A stretch of DNA of 64,000 bases. It comes from Lama glama. Taxonomy: Eukaryota. Location: assembly GCA_028534125.1 (NCBI GenBank), contig CM052848.1, positions 13,020,001 through 13,084,000 on the forward strand, written 5' to 3'. Position numbers and translations under genes: made by a program. Shown here piece by piece: positions 61,050 to 64,000 of this stretch. Below the pieces are notes generated by a model. The model saw only the letters and a list, made by a program, of their open reading frames with translations, had not been told where the DNA came from and made no database searches. Numbering within the stretch: the stretch's first letter is position 1; the number at the start of each line of letters is the position of its first letter.

Positions 61050-62870
61050 TTCACAAACAAGTTAGCCTGACCTGCCGGCGAGCCCTACTGAGCTTCTGTC
61101 TCAGCCTCGTCGGGGACCGTGCAGGGGCCGGTATCCGGCCGTAGACCAGATGGACCAGGCTGCGCAGGCCGCGGGCTGGGCGCTGAGCGGCCGCGAGGGG
61201 GCAGCGCTCGGCAGGGAATCTCCGCCACCGGCCGCGGCCCCCCTGTCCGTGCGCTCTTGCGTCGCTCTGACGCACCCGAAGGCGGGCGCTGGGAAGGAGA
61301 CCGCAGCTCCCCTCGCCTGTGCCTCCCGAGGAGGGGTCGAGCGGGTCCTCCGGGGCGCCCTGCGCGAGCCTGGGGTCTGGCGGGCAGAGGCGCAGTCTCG
61401 GACCCTCGTCGCCGGGAGGACCCCAGCGCCTTCCCCTCCGCTTCGCGCGGCGCCCTGCGCCCACCCCGGCTCCAGGGCTGTCACTTCCGCGCGCCGCCGG
61501 GTAGCGGACCGGGCCGTCGTCGAGGATGCCCGGGTGTTGGCTGCGTCCCCAGGCTGCTGATCGGCTTTGCCCCGGGAGGCAGTCGGGATAGCGCCGCCCG
61601 AACTTTCCTTCGCGGCGGCGTCAGGCGGAAACACCCCGCTCCGAGGTTCACGGAGAGTGGAGGGAGGCTCGGGCGCCAGAGGGGACAGGCCTAGGCCTGC
61701 GCGGGAGAGCGCCGCGGAGTTCCTGGGGGCCCTGGAGGCTCCATAAGGGCAGGACTGGTGGCCGGCGTGCGCCCAGGAGGAGTCAGGCCCAGAGCGCGCT
61801 GCCCCTTCCCGGCGCCCCGCAGTGACCGTGACCTCGGCGCGCTCCCCGCGCACGTGCTCGCGGCCGAGGACGAGGAGGGGTCCGGCTACACCCGCCGGGC
61901 AGCGACTCGCCCGCAAGCCCTGGGAGCACAGAGGCCGTGCGGGGGAGCGCGCACGCTGCGCCCCCGCCTCCCCGAAGATCGGACTGGCCGCTGCTGGAGC
62001 AGAGCCGCCGGGTGTCGTGCCCGCCCGGTGGCGCCGCTGGACCCCGTGCGGGGCGGACTCGCGGGAGGACAGGTGTAGCCTGCATACGCGGGCGGCGCGC
62101 GCGGAAGAGCTGGGTGGGCTCGGCGGTCCGGAGGGGGCTTGCAGGGCTCGGAGCTCCGGTCCCTGCCACGCAGGAGGGTCGGCGCCACTTGGCGCGGCCA
62201 GCCTCAGGGAAGGAAGTCGCGGCGTATCTCGGTCCCCCAGCGGCCGTCCGGGCGCGACCCTGGCGCCCACTGCCCGCAGCGGCTCCCGCAGCGGCCCTGG
62301 GACCTAGAGGTGCGCGCGGCCGCCGGTGCCGCCCCCATGCTACTCGGAGCGCCCAGGCTGTGCGCGTCCAGGGCGGCCGCCGCTGCGCAGAGCGAGGGCG
62401 ACGGCGACAGGCTGGGCAGGGACATGGACGAGTCGTCGCTGCTGGACCTGCTGGAGTGCTCCGTGTGTCTGGAGCGCCTGGACACGACCGCCAAGGTGCT
62501 GCCCTGCCAGCACACCTTCTGCCGCCGCTGCCTGGAGAGCATTGTGTGCTCGCGGCACGAGCTGCGCTGCCCGGAGTGCCGCATCCTGGTGGGCTGCGGC
62601 GTGGACGAGCTGCCCGCCAACATCCTGCTGGTGCGCCTGCTGGACGGCATCCGCCAGCGTCCCCGCCCCGGCGCCAGCCCGGGCGGCAGCCCGCCCGCGC
62701 GTCCTGGTCCCAGCCCGGGCCCGGGCCTCGGCTCCAGCCCGGAGGCGGCCTCGGCGCACGGGGATTGCGGGGGCAGCGCCCCTGGCTCTCCGGTCCTCCT
62801 CTCCGCGGCGACCAGCGCCACCGCCAGCCTGCGCGAGCTGGCGACTGGCAGGAGCGCGCCCCTGGCGAAG
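61050..62870. promoter_or_regulatory. CpG island / SH3RF3 promoter and 5'UTR (position of human SH3RF3-AS1)
   Basis: Abrupt rise in GC and CpG density (CGCG runs, GGGCGG/CCGCCC boxes) from ~61050 through exon 1, with no obvious TATA box. Confidence 0.9.
62337..62870 (+). CDS. SH3RF3: SH3RF3 (POSH2) coding exon 1, 178 codons: N-terminal leader, C3HC4 RING finger (62457-62579) and Pro/Gly/Ser-rich linker; the gene continues beyond the window
   Basis: ATG at 62337 gives [21 protein letters not shown]...[81 protein letters not shown], matching the recalled SH3RF3 N-terminus and RING. It ends at a canonical phase-0 donor AAG|GTGAGT (62870/62871), where the human protein continues ...AK|NPCLLP. 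Confidence 0.97.
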
Positions 62871-64000
62871 GTGAGTATGAGCTTCACTGAGAGGGGTGGG
62901 CAGTGAGGAAGGACAGGGGACCAGAAGTGCTCCACGGTGGCCTGTGCCTTGCTCTTCTTTTCGACTTGCTTTTCTCCAGGGCCTTGAGAGCGCAACCCTT
63001 CAAGCCCCACTTAACAATTCTAGGACGCTGCGTGCTCCCATCCTGCCCCCTCCCCTTTGCACTTCTAGTTGGCACCTGCTGCCCACCCGTCCTCTCCCTC
63101 TTGGAATCCCTTTCCCTCCACCTGCACCTGCTTGATGGTGGCCTGTAGTCCCAGAGAACCTTGCCATCTGTGTGTGTGGCTGCACCACATCCTCCCTCTG
63201 CCTCCCATCGCCCTCCTCCAGCCCCTCTCCGGGCTGGGCCTCTTTCTCCACCTTTTAACTTTGCTGGGCTTCCATCTCCCTGGGTGCAGCCTTCTTCTTC
63301 TGGACCCCTCCGGTGAACCCTCTGCACAAACCTTGCCCACTGGGACTGAAGTCAGTGCTCTCCCGGGTCTGGCCTTTGGGAAGAGCATGGGCCTCCTGCC
63401 TGGTGTCTGGGAAGGGAGATCAGGCAGGGAGGCAAGTGAGTGACTGGGGCTGCGGGAGGAAGGAGTTCACCTGGAGACCGGGAGTGTTTGGCTCAGCCCC
63501 TCTTGGACTTGGCCTGTCGGTCAGCCCTGCTCCTCCCTGGTCCTCCCCGGGCTCTCAGGCCCACTGCCTTCCCTCGCGGTTTTTATTTGAGGGTTTTTAT
63601 TGGTGTAGCCACATTGTACAGAGTAGACGGCTTCTGTTTCAGTCAAAGACCTTGTCTTGAGGGTTCTGGCGATTTGGTTTCAAAAGCTGGTTAGTGTGTC
63701 ATTTCACACCCTCTGCCACCTCAGGAGCTGTTGCTGGGGGAGGCAGGCCCACGGGGTGCTGGTGTAAGTGAGGTGAGAGGTGCTACTCATGTTTTGTGTT
63801 TTCTTTAAATGCAGAAAAGCTCATTTAAAGGGTTGCTGATTTATTGTAAAGTGCCATTCATTTTAGAAAGACAACCAGATTCCTCTCCTTTTGGCCTTTT
63901 AAAGCTTTCACGGTGCATTAACTGTTCAAATAATCCTTCCCCTATGGGTGGTGCCGAGATGAGGGACAGTTCTTCATCCGAATTGCTCAGCACTGCAGTG
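62871..64000 (+). other. SH3RF3: SH3RF3 intron 1 (start)
   Basis: Follows the GTGAGT donor; CpG density falls and there is no further SH3RF3-like coding sequence. Confidence 0.9.

Noticed and set aside
61101-62270. 389-aa minus-strand ORF (and overlapping 317/268/191-aa ORFs) across the CpG island
   Set aside because: Ala/Arg/Gly/Pro-rich with no domain, and stop-codon depletion is expected in a CpG island. At most it overlaps an antisense lncRNA position.

Overview
GC-rich mammalian (non-primate, non-rodent) genomic DNA. It is probably a laurasiatherian and plausibly a camelid-like artiodactyl, based on a MER41-type solo LTR, artiodactyl-type L1 and no recognisable lineage-specific SINEs. 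The only convincing protein-coding sequence is the first coding exon of SH3RF3 (POSH2; C3HC4 RING E3 ligase), + strand 62337-62870, inside a CpG island at ~61050-62870. By synteny (EDAR lies head-to-head with SH3RF3 in human and mouse) and from a GC/CpG-rich segment ending in a perfect minus-strand donor, the non-coding exon 1 of EDAR is tentatively placed at ~14948-15300 (-). That would make 1-14947 EDAR intron 1 and ~15.3-61 kb the shared intergenic regulatory interval. The rest is old repeats (MIR, L2, L1M, MER5A, MER20, MER33, MLT1), a TE cluster with four assembly gaps at 44.8-51.1 kb, minisatellites and several AT-rich motif-dense candidate enhancers. Almost all ORFs in the supplied track are spurious products of GC-rich sequence. 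I see no evidence for a new gene system; the most interesting signals are regulatory and structural. Repeat names and cross-species comparisons are from recall, not database searches.
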